A DNA stretch of 64,000 nt from an uncultured Clostridia bacterium (GCA_947626865.1 CANQTZ010000001.1:3772-67771), one strand, 5' to 3'; counted from the stretch's first letter, positions 11,192 to 21,006 are shown. The notes: generated by a model not told the origin, from the sequence alone. A program made the numbers and translations.

Positions 11192-11995
11192 TTAATTATA
11201 AACATTACTACTTATATTTATTTGTTTTTTTTCTATTTTTTCTAGAATGTCTTGTAATAGATTGTCCAATAAATAGTTCATTATAATAACTAATTTTTTT
11301 AGCTTTTCACTTTTTTTAGTAGCTTTTATAATGCTAGCTAAATTTTCTATCATTTCTTCTTTGGTCTGTGCTTTTTCTATCAAAATAACATTGCTAAATA
11401 AGGTATTACTTTCTAATAATATTTGATTAGAGATTTTTTTTATGTCTATTAGATTATAATCTAAATCTACTTGATAGTTGTCTAATAAGTAATCATCCAT
11501 TACTCGTTTTTTTGCTTTTTTCGGAAATTTCCATTTGTTTTCTCCTGTATAAATTACAATAGGTACAATTATAGGATATGTGTACATTTTTTTATTTTTT
11601 TGATTTCTGCTAAATTTTCTTATTATATCTATGCAGTCATTTAAAATTTTGTATTGTATATTATTGTCTATGCTGGATTGATGTTTTATCCAAAAATACA
11701 TTTCTTTGTTTTTTATTTGATAGATAATGTCTGCCTCTTTTGAGATGTTTCCGTTTGTATACAATATAAGTTCTTTTGATTGCACTTTTTCTTTTGGCAT
11801 AAGAATCATATTAATAAACTGTGCCAATTCTTCTGTATCTTTTAGTAACTTTCTAATTTGTTTATCTAACAAATTGTTTTCTTTAGTTTCTAGTCTATAT
11901 TCTGTACTCTCTTCTGCTAATTGTGATAATGTATTTAGTCTTAGTGTATGAATACATTGAATATAGTTTTTATATGTAAACACTTTCATTCCCAT
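11192..11995 (-). CDS. Rpn/YhgA-like (Transposase_31, PD-(D/E)xK) recombination-promoting nuclease family protein
   Basis: LLDKQIRKLLKDTEELAQFIN, ...ADIIYQIKNKEMYFWIKHQSSID..., YPIIVPIVIYTGENKW follow the RpnA-type pattern (HD..FK, xEHQS, LP.V.P.V.Y.G...W). The start is probably the second ATG at 11989. Confidence 0.65.
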   Translation of the reverse strand: MGMKVFTYKNYIQCIHTLRLNTLSQLAEESTEYRLETKENNLLDKQIRKLLKDTEELAQFINMILMPKEKVQSKELILYTNGNISKEADIIYQIKNKEMYFWIKHQSSIDNNIQYKILNDCIDIIRKFSRNQKNKKMYTYPIIVPIVIYTGENKWKFPKKAKKRVMDDYLLDNYQVDLDYNLIDIKKISNQILLESNTLFSNVILIEKAQTKEEMIENLASIIKATKKSEKLKKLVIIMNYLLDNLLQDILEKIEKKQINISSNVYN

Positions 11996-12191
11996 CCCTC
12001 CTTATAATAATTTTTAATTATGTTTAATGAACATAAAGTACTCTTTTATTACATTAAAGCACGAAAAAAGAAGAATTGCAAGTGTTTTTACAAAACTTCT
12101 TACAATTCGACAAAACTTCTTATATTTCTACATTTTTTTCATGGCATTTTACTAGTTTTAAACTGAGATTTTCTATGTATTGTTACTATGT

Positions 12192-12405
12192 GATTTTTTC
12201 AAAGCATATGCCCCTGAAGTATAAGATTTTCATTGCATGTCTCGGCTTATTACGAAATTTAAGAAATTCTAATTTATTTTATGGCACCCTTTCACAATAG
12301 TGAACTATTTCCATAAAATTGCATAGAATTTCTAAAATTTCTCCATGCACATTCGACATTCCATTCAAATTCTTATACTTCAGAGGCACATACTTTGAAA
12401 AAATT
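12192..12405 (+). repeat. hairpin repeat element, copy 1 (shortened outer arms)
   Basis: Arms GATTTTTTCAAAGCATATGCCCCTGAAGTATAAG / CTTATACTTCAGAGGCACATACTTTGAAAAAAT. The roughly 150-bp core is near-identical to the copies at 20095, 28718 and 53426. Confidence 0.85.
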
Positions 12406-12413
12406 CTATGTAA

Positions 12414-12918
12414 TTATGTATCGAAATAATCACTTATTTCTTGCAAATCCTCAAAATTATGTTGTCTCAAAATTTCATAAGTAATAATAGCCACACTATT
12501 TGACAAATTTAGCGACCTCAATGTAGCCAGCATAGGAATTCTAATCGTTTTCGTATCCAAATATCTTTCCAAAAGCCATTCTGGCAATCCCTTCGTTTCC
12601 TTCCCATACAACACAAAAACCTCATCCATCTTAGAATAATCCACATCCGTATATTTCGTCTTCCCCTTAGTCGTTGCAAAAAACATATAATTATTTTCTG
12701 GCTTATACTTATCCAAAAACTTCTCTAACGAAACATGCTCCTCCACCTCAAGCTTATCCCAATAATCTAGCCCAGCCCTCTTAAGCGACTTTTCATCAAT
12801 TCTAAACCCCAACGGATGAACCAAATGCAATTTTGCACCTGTTATTGCACAGGTCCTTGCAATATTTCCGAGTATTTTGAGGAATTTCTGGTTCTACCAT
12901 AACAATATTTATTTTCAC
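12414..12918 (-). pseudogene. trmL: tRNA (cytidine/uridine-2'-O)-methyltransferase TrmL (SpoU family), frameshifted near 12870
   Basis: The track ORF starts at MHLVHPLGF, which is mid-protein. Upstream, in another frame, is (V)KINIVMVEPEIPQNT. Deleting G12870 restores ...[29 protein letters not shown], the canonical TrmL N-terminus. GTG start at 12918 after GAGGGAG. Confidence 0.8.
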
Positions 12919-12946
12919 ATTTACTCCCTCTTTCTATATTAATTAT

Positions 12947-13045
12947 GTGCCAAATGTACCATTTGGGACAGGCACCAACGATACATCAATGTATCATTTG
13001 GGACAGGCACCAATGGCACATCAATGTGCTTTTTGGGACAGGTAT
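12947..13045 (+). repeat. 35-bp tandem repeat array A1 (about 2.8 units)
   Basis: Units GTACCATTTGGGACAGGCACCAACGATACATCAAT (12956-12990) and GTATCATTTGGGACAGGCACCAATGGCACATCAAT (12991-13025), then the terminal half-unit GTGCTTTTTGGGACAGGTAT. Units are contiguous with no spacers. Confidence 0.9.
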
Positions 13046-13059
13046 AAATAACAAATGTA

Positions 13060-13861
13060 TCATTTTTTTTCACCCCTGATAACGTCCCTTACATATTCAT
13101 ATAAAATAATTCCTGTAGCCACAGATGCATTAAGACTTTCTGTTTTTCCAAGCATTGGAATTTTTACTTTTTTATCTGCCATTTCCTGTATATTAGTTTC
13201 CACGCCATTGGCTTCGTTCCCAATAATAATTACTTTTTTATGATAATCAACATCATAGATTGTATTTTTTGCTTGTAAAGAAGAAACCACTATTTCAAAC
13301 TTGTGTTTTTGAAGCTCTTTTAAGGTATTTTCTAAATTTTCACATTCTATAATCTTAACTCTAAATATGGCTCCCATAGTAGAACGCACAACCTTTGAAT
13401 TATAGCTATCAGCCGAATTTTTAGATATTAATATTTGAGTTAGACCAACACTATCTACAGTCCTTAGTATTGTTCCTAAATTTCCAGGATCTTGCACATT
13501 ATCTAGAGCAACTATAACATCTTGTGTATAATCAATTTCGATATTACTGTTATTTTTCTCTAATATTGCTAGAATTCCTTGAGGTGTCTGTACATCTGAC
13601 ACATATTTAAAAATCTTCTCTGGCACATAAATACATTCATATCTTGCAATTTCATACATCAATTCTTTTGGAATCAACTCATTATTTTCACAATCATCAC
13701 ACAGTACAATTTGCTTAATTAAAGCTTTTTCGCCGAATTGCTTCTGATACTAATTTAACACCTTCTATTACATACTCATTATTTAAATCACGATATTTTT
13801 TGTCTTTCAATTTCCTTATATGCTTAATCAAATCATTTTCTTTACTAGTAATTCTTTGCAT
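13060..13861 (-). pseudogene. TrmH/SpoU-family RNA 2'-O-methyltransferase (RlmB-like), frameshifted near 13735
   Basis: C-terminal 205 aa carry SpoU motifs (NVQDPGNLGTILRT, IIGNEANGV, IPMLGKTESLNASVATGI). Upstream ATG at 13861 after GGAAGGAG encodes MQRITSKENDLIKHIRKLKDKKYRDLNNEYVIEGVKLVSEAI, then reaches a stop. Deleting G13735 joins it in frame (..EAIGEKALIKQIVLCDD..). Confidence 0.8.
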
Positions 13862-13934
13862 TGCTTATCTCCTTCCTTTATAGTTGGTCTTTCAAACTTA
13901 AACCGCACAAATATCAAAACATTTAACAAAACAT

Positions 13935-14025
13935 AACCTGTCCCAAAAAGTACATTGATGTACCATTTGTGCCTGTCCCAGATGATACATTGATGTATCA
14001 TTTGTGCCTGTCCCAAACGGTACAT
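13935..14025 (-). repeat. 35-bp tandem repeat array A2 (inverted relative to A1)
   Basis: AACCTGTCCCAAAAAGTAC, ATTGATGTACCATTTGTGCCTGTCCCAGATGATAC, ATTGATGTATCATTTGTGCCTGTCCCAAACGGTAC. It overlaps the last 9 codons and the stop of mfd. Confidence 0.9.
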
Positions 14026-17000
14026 AGGAATTGTGTTACGTTGTTTAGTATTTGTGTTTCTTTGGTGCTTCCTATTTCTAGGGTTATCATTGGTTTTACG
14101 CCTGCTGAAAATTTTATTTTATTTGCAAATGTTTTGACTAATTGATTGATGTCTAGGTTGAATCCGTTGGCTTCAAATGTAAATATTACTGCTGTTTTAT
14201 GGCTAGCAATTTTGCTTATTTTTAGTTTTTTGGCTAGGTATTTTATTCTGGCTATGGCAATTAGGTTTTCTAGTTCTGGTGGCATGTTTCCAAAGCGGTC
14301 TATGATTTCGTCTATAATGTTTTGGATGTCTTGCTCATTTTTGCATAATGCTATGTTTTGATAGATTTCTATTTTTTGGTTTGCGTCTTGGATGTATTCA
14401 TCTGGTATATAGCTTGTTACATTTAAATCTATTTGTATGTCTTGTTCTGGTTCAATTTTTATTCCTTTCATTTCTTTTACAACTTCTTCTAGCAAGTTAC
14501 AATAAGTATCATAGCCAACTTGCTCTAGGTGCCCTGATTGGATTTCTCCAAGTAGGCTTCCTGCTCCTCTTATTTCTAGGTCTCTCATTGCTATTTTGAA
14601 GCCTGAGCCAAATTCTGTAAATTCTTTTATGGCTTTTAATCTCTTATCAGCCACTTCTGATAATAATTTGTCTTTTTTATAGGTAATATATGCGTATGCT
14701 TGCCTTTGGGCTCTTCCAACTCTTCCTCGTATTTGATATAACTGTGCTAAGCCCATTCTATCAGAATTTTCTACGATTATGGTATTGGCATTTGGTATGT
14801 CTATTCCAGATTCTAATATAGTTGTGCAAACTAATACATTGCTTTTTCCTTCAATAAATTCTTTCATAATTTCTTCTATCTTTGAACCTGTCATCTTTCC
14901 ATGCGCATAAACAACATTCGATTCTGGAACTAATCTTGATATGTCATCTGCCTTTTTTTGAATTCCTTCCACATTGTTATAAAGATAAAATACCTGTCCT
15001 TCTCTTTCCAATTCCTTAGTTATGGCTTCTTTGATTACTTCTTCATCATATTCCAATACATAAGTTTGAACTGGCTTCCTATTATGTGGTGGCTCATAAA
15101 TTACTGACATGTCACGTATTCCAACAATTGACATGTGCATAGTTCTCGGAATTGGAGTTGCTGTCATTGTTAAAACATCAATATTTGCCCTTAATTGTTT
15201 TATTTTTTCCTTATCTTTTACGCCAAATCGATGTTCCTCATCTATAATTAATAATCCCAAATCCTTAAAAATAACATCTTTACTTAAAATTCTGTGTGTT
15301 CCAATAAGAATGTCTACCTCTCCCAATTGCAATTTTTGAATTACTTCATTTTGATATTTTTTACTTTTAAATCTATTCAAAATTTCAACTTTGATAGGAA
15401 AATCTTTTACTCTTTCTTTAAATTCCTGATATTGTTGTTCTGCTAAAACAGTAGTTGGTGCTAGATAAGCCACTTGCTTATGATCCATAACTGCCTTAAA
15501 TGCTGCTCGCAAGGCAACCTCTGTTTTTCCATACCCCACATCACCACACAACAATCTATCCATTGGTCTTATACTTTCCATATCTTTTTTCACTTCTTCG
15601 ATGCAACGCAATTGGTCTCCAGTTTCTTGATAAGGAAATTTTGCTTCAAATTCGTTTTGCCAAGGTGTATCTTTACTAAATGCAAAGCCTTGTATTTTCT
15701 CTCTTTTTGCATATAGTTCAATTAATTCTTTGGCTACTTCTCTTAAATTATTTTTTACCTTTTTCTTTGTATTTTCCCACTCTTTACTACCTAAACGGTT
15801 AACCTTAGGTTGAACTCTATCTCCTCCAATGTATTTCCTAATGGAATCCAAATCATTAGTTGGTATATATAAAATATCATCATTTTTGTATTTTATTTTG
15901 ATGTAATCTTTGATTGTCCCATCTGCCTTTATTGTATTTACACCAATATAAATACCAATCCCATACCTTCTGTGTACCACATAATCGCCTATTTTTAAAT
16001 CAGCAAATACAACTTTTTCGCCTTCTTTAAATTCATTACTTACAATCTTTCGTCGTTTTTTCTCACCATCAATCAATTCATCTGCAACAATAACTAATTC
16101 TTTTGTTTCATAAAATTCAAATCCAGCAGATAATTTTCCAACTGTAATAGTTACAACTGCTTCATTTGCTTGCACCACAATTGTTTTGTTTAATTTTTCT
16201 TCTAATCTGTTCACAATCTCTTTTTCATCTAATAAAGCTTGCAATTTCTTCGCTTTTTCCTTAGTAGAAACCAAAATATACACTTTCTTCTTATCTTTAA
16301 CTGCTTTTTGTAAATCCGCAATCAAACCTTCTATCTCACTTTTATAATAATTTACTTCTCTATACTCAAACTTATATTTTTCTGCAACTAATTTATTTGA
16401 AACATCTTGTTTTTCTAAATATACCATTTGTCTTTTTTCAAATTTTTCTTGTACTTCTTCATAAGCAAGCACATTATTTATCGCATCTGGTATCATTTTT
16501 TCTTTCTCAAACAAAGCATTTTTTAAATTGTTATTGTCAATTTCAATATTATTTACTCTTTGCTTTATTTTACCAATTTCATCTAAAAATATACAATAAT
16601 TATTCGCTATATAATCAATAAGAGTTTCCTGTTGTTCATAAAAACTGTCAAAATATTTATCTATTTTACTAATGTAATTTCCGATTTTTATTTGTTCGAT
16701 ATCTTCTTGCAACATTTGTTTTTGCACATCTTTAGCGTCGATATTTTGTATTTTTTGGCATATATTGTCAATTGAATCTTCCAAAATATATTCATGTGCA
16801 GGATAAATAGTTGCTTTTTGTAAGGTATTTATTGACCTTTGACTAACTACATTAAAATTTCGTATGGAGTCAACTTCATCTCCCCAAAATTCAATTCTAA
16901 TCCCAACCGCTTCATCTGTTGATATATCTACAATTCCGCCTCGTATTGCAAATTGACCTCTTCCTTCAATTAAGTCACATCTTACATATCCTAGGTCAAT

Positions 17001-17465
17001 TAATTTTTTCTTGATTTCCTCTATGTTATAAGTTTTCCCTACTTCAAAATGTAATTCATTTGCATATAATTTAGATTGATTAGGCAATTTTTGTAGCATC
17101 GCTTCGATGGTAGTTACAATGATTAAATTTCTTTTTGTTTTTATTTCATTTAAAGCTTTTATTCTTTCATAAGGTAATTCCTTACTTTCTGCAATATAAT
17201 CATAAGTTACTACTTCTTTCTTTGGAAAAAATACTACATTATCTGTAAAATATTTTATATCTTCATATAATTTTTTGGCTTGAATTTCATTATAAGTAAT
17301 AAGTAATATTGGTTTTTTTGCAAATTCGTGAAGGGCCGTTGTTAATTGTACAACGGCAATGTTAGTTAAGCCCGATATGGCTATCGGACTTGTTTTGTTT
17401 TCTATTTGTTTTTCTAAATCAACAAATTTTGCTGATTTACCAAGTTCTCCTAAAATTGTATTCAT
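13998..17465 (-). CDS. mfd: transcription-repair coupling factor Mfd
   Basis: 1155 aa with a UvrB-homology N-terminus, CarD-like domain, superfamily-2 helicase motifs (GDVGYGKTEVA, DEEHRFGV, QLYQIRGRVGR) and a TRCF C-terminal domain. The last residues (..CTVWDRHK) are encoded by repeat array A2. Confidence 0.95.
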   Translation of the reverse strand: MNTILGELGKSAKFVDLEKQIENKTSPIAISGLTNIAVVQLTTALHEFAKKPILLITYNEIQAKKLYEDIKYFTDNVVFFPKKEVVTYDYIAESKELPYERIKALNEIKTKRNLIIVTTIEAMLQKLPNQSKLYANELHFEVGKTYNIEEIKKKLIDLGYVRCDLIEGRGQFAIRGGIVDISTDEAVGIRIEFWGDEVDSIRNFNVVSQRSINTLQKATIYPAHEYILEDSIDNICQKIQNIDAKDVQKQMLQEDIEQIKIGNYISKIDKYFDSFYEQQETLIDYIANNYCIFLDEIGKIKQRVNNIEIDNNNLKNALFEKEKMIPDAINNVLAYEEVQEKFEKRQMVYLEKQDVSNKLVAEKYKFEYREVNYYKSEIEGLIADLQKAVKDKKKVYILVSTKEKAKKLQALLDEKEIVNRLEEKLNKTIVVQANEAVVTITVGKLSAGFEFYETKELVIVADELIDGEKKRRKIVSNEFKEGEKVVFADLKIGDYVVHRRYGIGIYIGVNTIKADGTIKDYIKIKYKNDDILYIPTNDLDSIRKYIGGDRVQPKVNRLGSKEWENTKKKVKNNLREVAKELIELYAKREKIQGFAFSKDTPWQNEFEAKFPYQETGDQLRCIEEVKKDMESIRPMDRLLCGDVGYGKTEVALRAAFKAVMDHKQVAYLAPTTVLAEQQYQEFKERVKDFPIKVEILNRFKSKKYQNEVIQKLQLGEVDILIGTHRILSKDVIFKDLGLLIIDEEHRFGVKDKEKIKQLRANIDVLTMTATPIPRTMHMSIVGIRDMSVIYEPPHNRKPVQTYVLEYDEEVIKEAITKELEREGQVFYLYNNVEGIQKKADDISRLVPESNVVYAHGKMTGSKIEEIMKEFIEGKSNVLVCTTILESGIDIPNANTIIVENSDRMGLAQLYQIRGRVGRAQRQAYAYITYKKDKLLSEVADKRLKAIKEFTEFGSGFKIAMRDLEIRGAGSLLGEIQSGHLEQVGYDTYCNLLEEVVKEMKGIKIEPEQDIQIDLNVTSYIPDEYIQDANQKIEIYQNIALCKNEQDIQNIIDEIIDRFGNMPPELENLIAIARIKYLAKKLKISKIASHKTAVIFTFEANGFNLDINQLVKTFANKIKFSAGVKPMITLEIGSTKETQILNNVTQFLCTVWDRHK

Positions 17466-17519
17466 CTTTCTCTCCTTAAGTGTATCACGTTTTCTTTGAT
17501 AAATTTTGCTACACCATTT

Positions 17520-19634
17520 CTACTCCTTGTTATTTTTTTCACAATGGTTTCTATCTGGACAATTTTTACAACCGCTATCCTTTGACTTAACTTTTTTTAC
17601 TATTATTGCTATAACGACAACTGCAATAACACTTACTACTAAGATGTCGGCTAATTTTAATGTTCCATTTTCAATTCTACTTCCAATTTGATATACTATG
17701 CTTGCCAAAATCCAAGCCAGTATAGTTTGAAAAGCTACTGCTTTTAGCATTTGCTTAGTTCCACCTAATTCTCTTCTCATAGCACCTATTGCGCCAAAGC
17801 AAGGTGCACTAAATAAGTTAAATACCATAAAAGCATAAGCTGAAGCTGCTGTAAAGAAACTGAAAATTCCTCCACTTGCAAATATTTGACCAGCTTCTTG
17901 TACGTCTTCTGATAAACCTGCAATGACAGACATTGATGATATTACTTGTTCTTTTGCTACTAATCCTTGAATTGCTGAAACTGTTGCTCCCCAACTATTT
18001 TGTCCTATTATTGGATAAAAAATCCAAGCTATTTTACTTCCTATTGTTGCTAATATACTATTCTCTACTTCTACGCCATATTCCAATTTAAATGAAAATG
18101 ATACTAAAAACCATATAACAATAGAACACAATAAAATGATTGTTCCTGCTCTTTTTATAAAAGAGAATACTCTATCTGTTACATCTTTTGCTACATATTT
18201 TGCATTTGGAAGTTTATATTCTGGCAATTCTGAAATATATGTACTTGATGTGTTTTTGAATAGGAATTTTTTCATTATATATGCACTTGTTATAATTATT
18301 ATAATTGCAAAAAAGTACAAAGAGGCAGAAGCAATCCCTGCATTTTCTTTGAAAAAGTATCCTGCAAATAGAGCAATAATTGGTAATTTTGCACTACATG
18401 GAATAAATGGTGTAAGCATAGCTGTCATTTTTCTTTCTTGCTCATTTTCTACAATTCTAGCCCCCATAATGCCTGGTACTGAGCAACCTGAACCTATAAT
18501 GAACGGAATTAAACTTTTACCGCTTAGACCAATCTTTCTAAAGACTTTATCTAATAATAATGCTATTCTTGACATATATCCCGTTGTTTCTAGTAAAGAA
18601 ATGCAAATAAACAATATAATAAGTTGTGGAACAAATCCTAATACCGCACCAACACCTGCTATAATACCATCAACAACTAAACTTATTAGCATTTCTGAAG
18701 TTCCAATGTGAGTTAAGCCATTTTCTACCATTTGACTTACCCATTCAATACCTTCTCCTACTAAATCTACAGTAGCACTTCCTATTATTCCAACAGATAA
18801 GTAATATACCAAGAACATAATTACTACGAAAATTGGAAATGCAATCCATTTGTTCAAAAATATTTTATCTAGCTTGTCAGATATTGATTCTAGTTTCTTT
18901 TTTCTTTCAACACAAACTTTTTTTACTTTTTCTATAAAATCATATCTTTGTGTCGCAATTATTTCTTCTAAATCAGTATCATATTTATTTGCTAAATTAG
19001 TTGCTATTGCTTCGATTTCTGCTTTTTGATGTTCCATAAAATAATCATCTTTTTCTAATAATTTAACTGCTATAAATTTCTTATGTTTTAAATTAATTAA
19101 CTTTTGTATATTTTGAATAGAATTTTCTATCTCACTATCAAAGACTGCAGTCCTTTCTAAATCACTCTTTTCAATTTCATGTATTAACTTTTTAATTCCT
19201 GTTTCCTTCAAAGCAGAAATCTTTAACACCTTCACTCCTAGCAAATCTTGCAACTTCTTCTCATCAATAAAAATACCTTTTTTCTCCAAAATATCTGCCA
19301 TATTCAAAGCAATAATTACTTTTACATCCAGTTCCATAAGTTGTGTTGTCAAATACAAGCTTCTTTCTAAAGAAGTAGCATCTACAATATTAATAATAAC
19401 ATCCGGATTTTCATTTAACACAAATTCACGAGAAACCTTCTCTTCCAAACTATATGGACTTAATGAATACACTCCTGGAAGATCTGTAATTTCATAATTA
19501 GTCCCCTTAATAACACCAGTCTTCTTCTCTATAGTAACTCCTGGCCAATTACCAATTTTCGCATTCATACCAGTTAAACAATTAAACAACGTTGTCTTAC
19601 CACTATTTTGATTACCAATCAATGCTACTTTCAT
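17520..19634 (-). CDS. feoB: ferrous iron transporter FeoB (with short Cys-rich C-terminal tail)
   Basis: N-terminal G-domain (GNQNSGKTTLFN, DLPG), polytopic membrane domain, C-terminal ..GCKNCPDRNHCEK. Confidence 0.95.
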   Translation of the reverse strand: MKVALIGNQNSGKTTLFNCLTGMNAKIGNWPGVTIEKKTGVIKGTNYEITDLPGVYSLSPYSLEEKVSREFVLNENPDVIINIVDATSLERSLYLTTQLMELDVKVIIALNMADILEKKGIFIDEKKLQDLLGVKVLKISALKETGIKKLIHEIEKSDLERTAVFDSEIENSIQNIQKLINLKHKKFIAVKLLEKDDYFMEHQKAEIEAIATNLANKYDTDLEEIIATQRYDFIEKVKKVCVERKKKLESISDKLDKIFLNKWIAFPIFVVIMFLVYYLSVGIIGSATVDLVGEGIEWVSQMVENGLTHIGTSEMLISLVVDGIIAGVGAVLGFVPQLIILFICISLLETTGYMSRIALLLDKVFRKIGLSGKSLIPFIIGSGCSVPGIMGARIVENEQERKMTAMLTPFIPCSAKLPIIALFAGYFFKENAGIASASLYFFAIIIIITSAYIMKKFLFKNTSSTYISELPEYKLPNAKYVAKDVTDRVFSFIKRAGTIILLCSIVIWFLVSFSFKLEYGVEVENSILATIGSKIAWIFYPIIGQNSWGATVSAIQGLVAKEQVISSMSVIAGLSEDVQEAGQIFASGGIFSFFTAASAYAFMVFNLFSAPCFGAIGAMRRELGGTKQMLKAVAFQTILAWILASIVYQIGSRIENGTLKLADILVVSVIAVVVIAIIVKKVKSKDSGCKNCPDRNHCEKNNKE

Positions 19635-19865
19635 CTAGTTAATCACCTCTATTTCTATCTGACTCAAATCTTCTTTCCTAAGACACAACTCATAATCCCT
19701 AAGCTCTATATCAATTGGATCTCCCATAGGAGCCACCTTTTTAATTTTAACTTCAACCCCTCTTGTAAGCCCCATATCTAACAAATGCCTTCTTACTTCC
19801 CTATTGGAAACATGTAATTTAACAACCTTAGCTTTATCTCCTACCTTAAGTTCATCTAATCTCAT
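19635..19865 (-). CDS. feoA: ferrous iron transport protein FeoA
   Basis: 76 aa, LDELKVGDKAKVVKL...RRHLLDMGLTRGVEVKI (FeoA/SH3-like). It abuts feoB. Confidence 0.9.
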   Translation of the reverse strand: MRLDELKVGDKAKVVKLHVSNREVRRHLLDMGLTRGVEVKIKKVAPMGDPIDIELRDYELCLRKEDLSQIEIEVIN

Positions 19866-19913
19866 TTTTACCTACCTTTCTTTGTGTATTATATTACAAT
19901 TCTAAATTATAGT

Positions 19914-20056
19914 CAATGTACCATTTGGGATGTGCCATCTGGGACAGGCACCAACGATACATCAATGTGCCGTTTGGGACAGGCACTAATGATACATTGA
20001 TGTGCCGTTTGGGACAGGCACTAATGATACATTGATGTGCTTTTTGGGACAGGTTA
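19914..20056 (+). repeat. 35-bp tandem repeat array B1 (about 4 units)
   Basis: CAATGTACCATTTGGGA, TGTGCCATCTGGGACAGGCACCAACGATACATCAA, then two copies of TGTGCCGTTTGGGACAGGCACTAATGATACATTGA, ending with GTGCTTTTTGGGACAGGTTA. Confidence 0.9.
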
Positions 20057-20094
20057 TTTGGACAATAATATTATAAATTTTTCTTCATACAGCA

Positions 20095-20330
20095 GTTACA
20101 GGATAATGGTTTCAAGGCGAGTTGCCCCTGCAGTATAAGAATTTGAATGAAATGTCGAATGTGACTGGAGAAATTTTAGAAATTCTATGCAATTTTATGG
20201 AAATAGTTCACTATTGTGAAAGGGTGCCATAAAATAAATTAGAATTTCTTAAATTTCGTAACAAGCCGAGACATGTAATGAAATTCTTATACTGCAGGGG
20301 TAGCTCGCCTTGAAACCATTATCCAGTAAC
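20095..20330 (-). repeat. hairpin repeat element, copy 2 (full length, inverted orientation)
   Basis: Arms GTTACAGGATAATGGTTTCAAGGCGAGTTGCCCCTGCAGTATAAGAATT / AAATTCTTATACTGCAGGGGTAGCTCGCCTTGAAACCATTATCCAGTAAC. The core is the reverse complement of the copy 1 core. Confidence 0.9.
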
Positions 20331-20344
20331 ATACAACAGGCTAG

Positions 20345-20405
20345 TAACCCGTCCCAAAAAGTACATTGATGTATCGTTGGTGCCTGTCCCAAATGGCACA
20401 TCACA
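20345..20405 (-). repeat. 35-bp tandem repeat array B2 (inverted relative to B1)
   Basis: TAACCCGTCCCAAAAAGTAC, ATTGATGTATCGTTGGTGCCTGTCCCAAATGGCAC, ATCA. Confidence 0.85.
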
Positions 20406-20480
20406 AATGCCACATTGGCTACTAGACATTTTTTTATTTTTATAGTACAATACTAAAGAATTTTATTAAAGGAGGATTTT

Positions 20481-20987
20481 GTGTCAATGGAAAGTTTACC
20501 TATTTTTGTAAAATATCTTTTTACTGTAATTGTTGGAATGGTACCGATTGTTGAACTTCGTGGGGCTATACCTATTGGGGTTTTTACTTTTCATTTGAAT
20601 TATATTGAGGCTTTTATTTGTAGTTTTATTGGTAATATTATTCCTGTTTATTTTATTGTTAAATATATCCGTCCTTTGTTTGATTTTTTTGGAAGATGGA
20701 AACCTTTTAAAAAAGTTATTGATTGGGCTACTGAGAAGGCTACTAGGAAAATTGAGGAGAGTACAAAGTTACAGAATTTTGTGGCTTTAGGATTGTTTTT
20801 GTTTGTGGCAATTCCTTTACCAGGAACAGGTGCATGGATTGGCTCTTTGGTTGCTAATTTTTTAGATTTGCCACCTAAAAAAGCTATTCCACCTATTATA
20901 ATAGGTGTTCTTACTGCTGGAATTATTGTTCTAAGTTTGACTGCTATTGCAAAAGGTGGTATTGAGTACTTATTACAAAAAAATTAA
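20481..20987 (+). CDS. small multidrug-export-like (COG2426 family) membrane protein
   Basis: 168 aa, 4-5 TM segments, motif VPIVELRGAIPIGV typical of this family. GGAGG RBS 5 nt before the GTG. Confidence 0.6.
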   Translation: MSMESLPIFVKYLFTVIVGMVPIVELRGAIPIGVFTFHLNYIEAFICSFIGNIIPVYFIVKYIRPLFDFFGRWKPFKKVIDWATEKATRKIEESTKLQNFVALGLFLFVAIPLPGTGAWIGSLVANFLDLPPKKAIPPIIIGVLTAGIIVLSLTAIAKGGIEYLLQKN

Positions 20988-21006
20988 TTATGCTGATAAC
21001 TATTTT

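Noticed and set aside
12076-12300. Track ORFs 12076..12300 and 28677..28865 (shared peptide YKIFI.C.GLLRNLRNSNLFYGTLS) as a conserved small protein
   Set aside because: The conservation is explained by DNA identity of the hairpin repeat core. The ORF boundaries differ between copies, there is no RBS, and copy 2 is inverted relative to the neighbouring genes.
12947-14025. The 35-bp repeat arrays (also at 19914-20405 and 55942-56209) as CRISPR arrays
   Set aside because: The units are directly contiguous with no unique spacers. Each array has only 1.5-4 units, the arrays occur as inverted pairs, and no cas genes are present in the window.
13828-14025. 65-aa minus-strand ORF overlapping array A2
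   Set aside because: It is composed largely of repeat-unit translation (..IWDRHKW..) and overlaps both the 5' end and ribosome-binding region of the adjacent SpoU-family methyltransferase gene (to 13861) and the mfd 3' end. There is no independent support.
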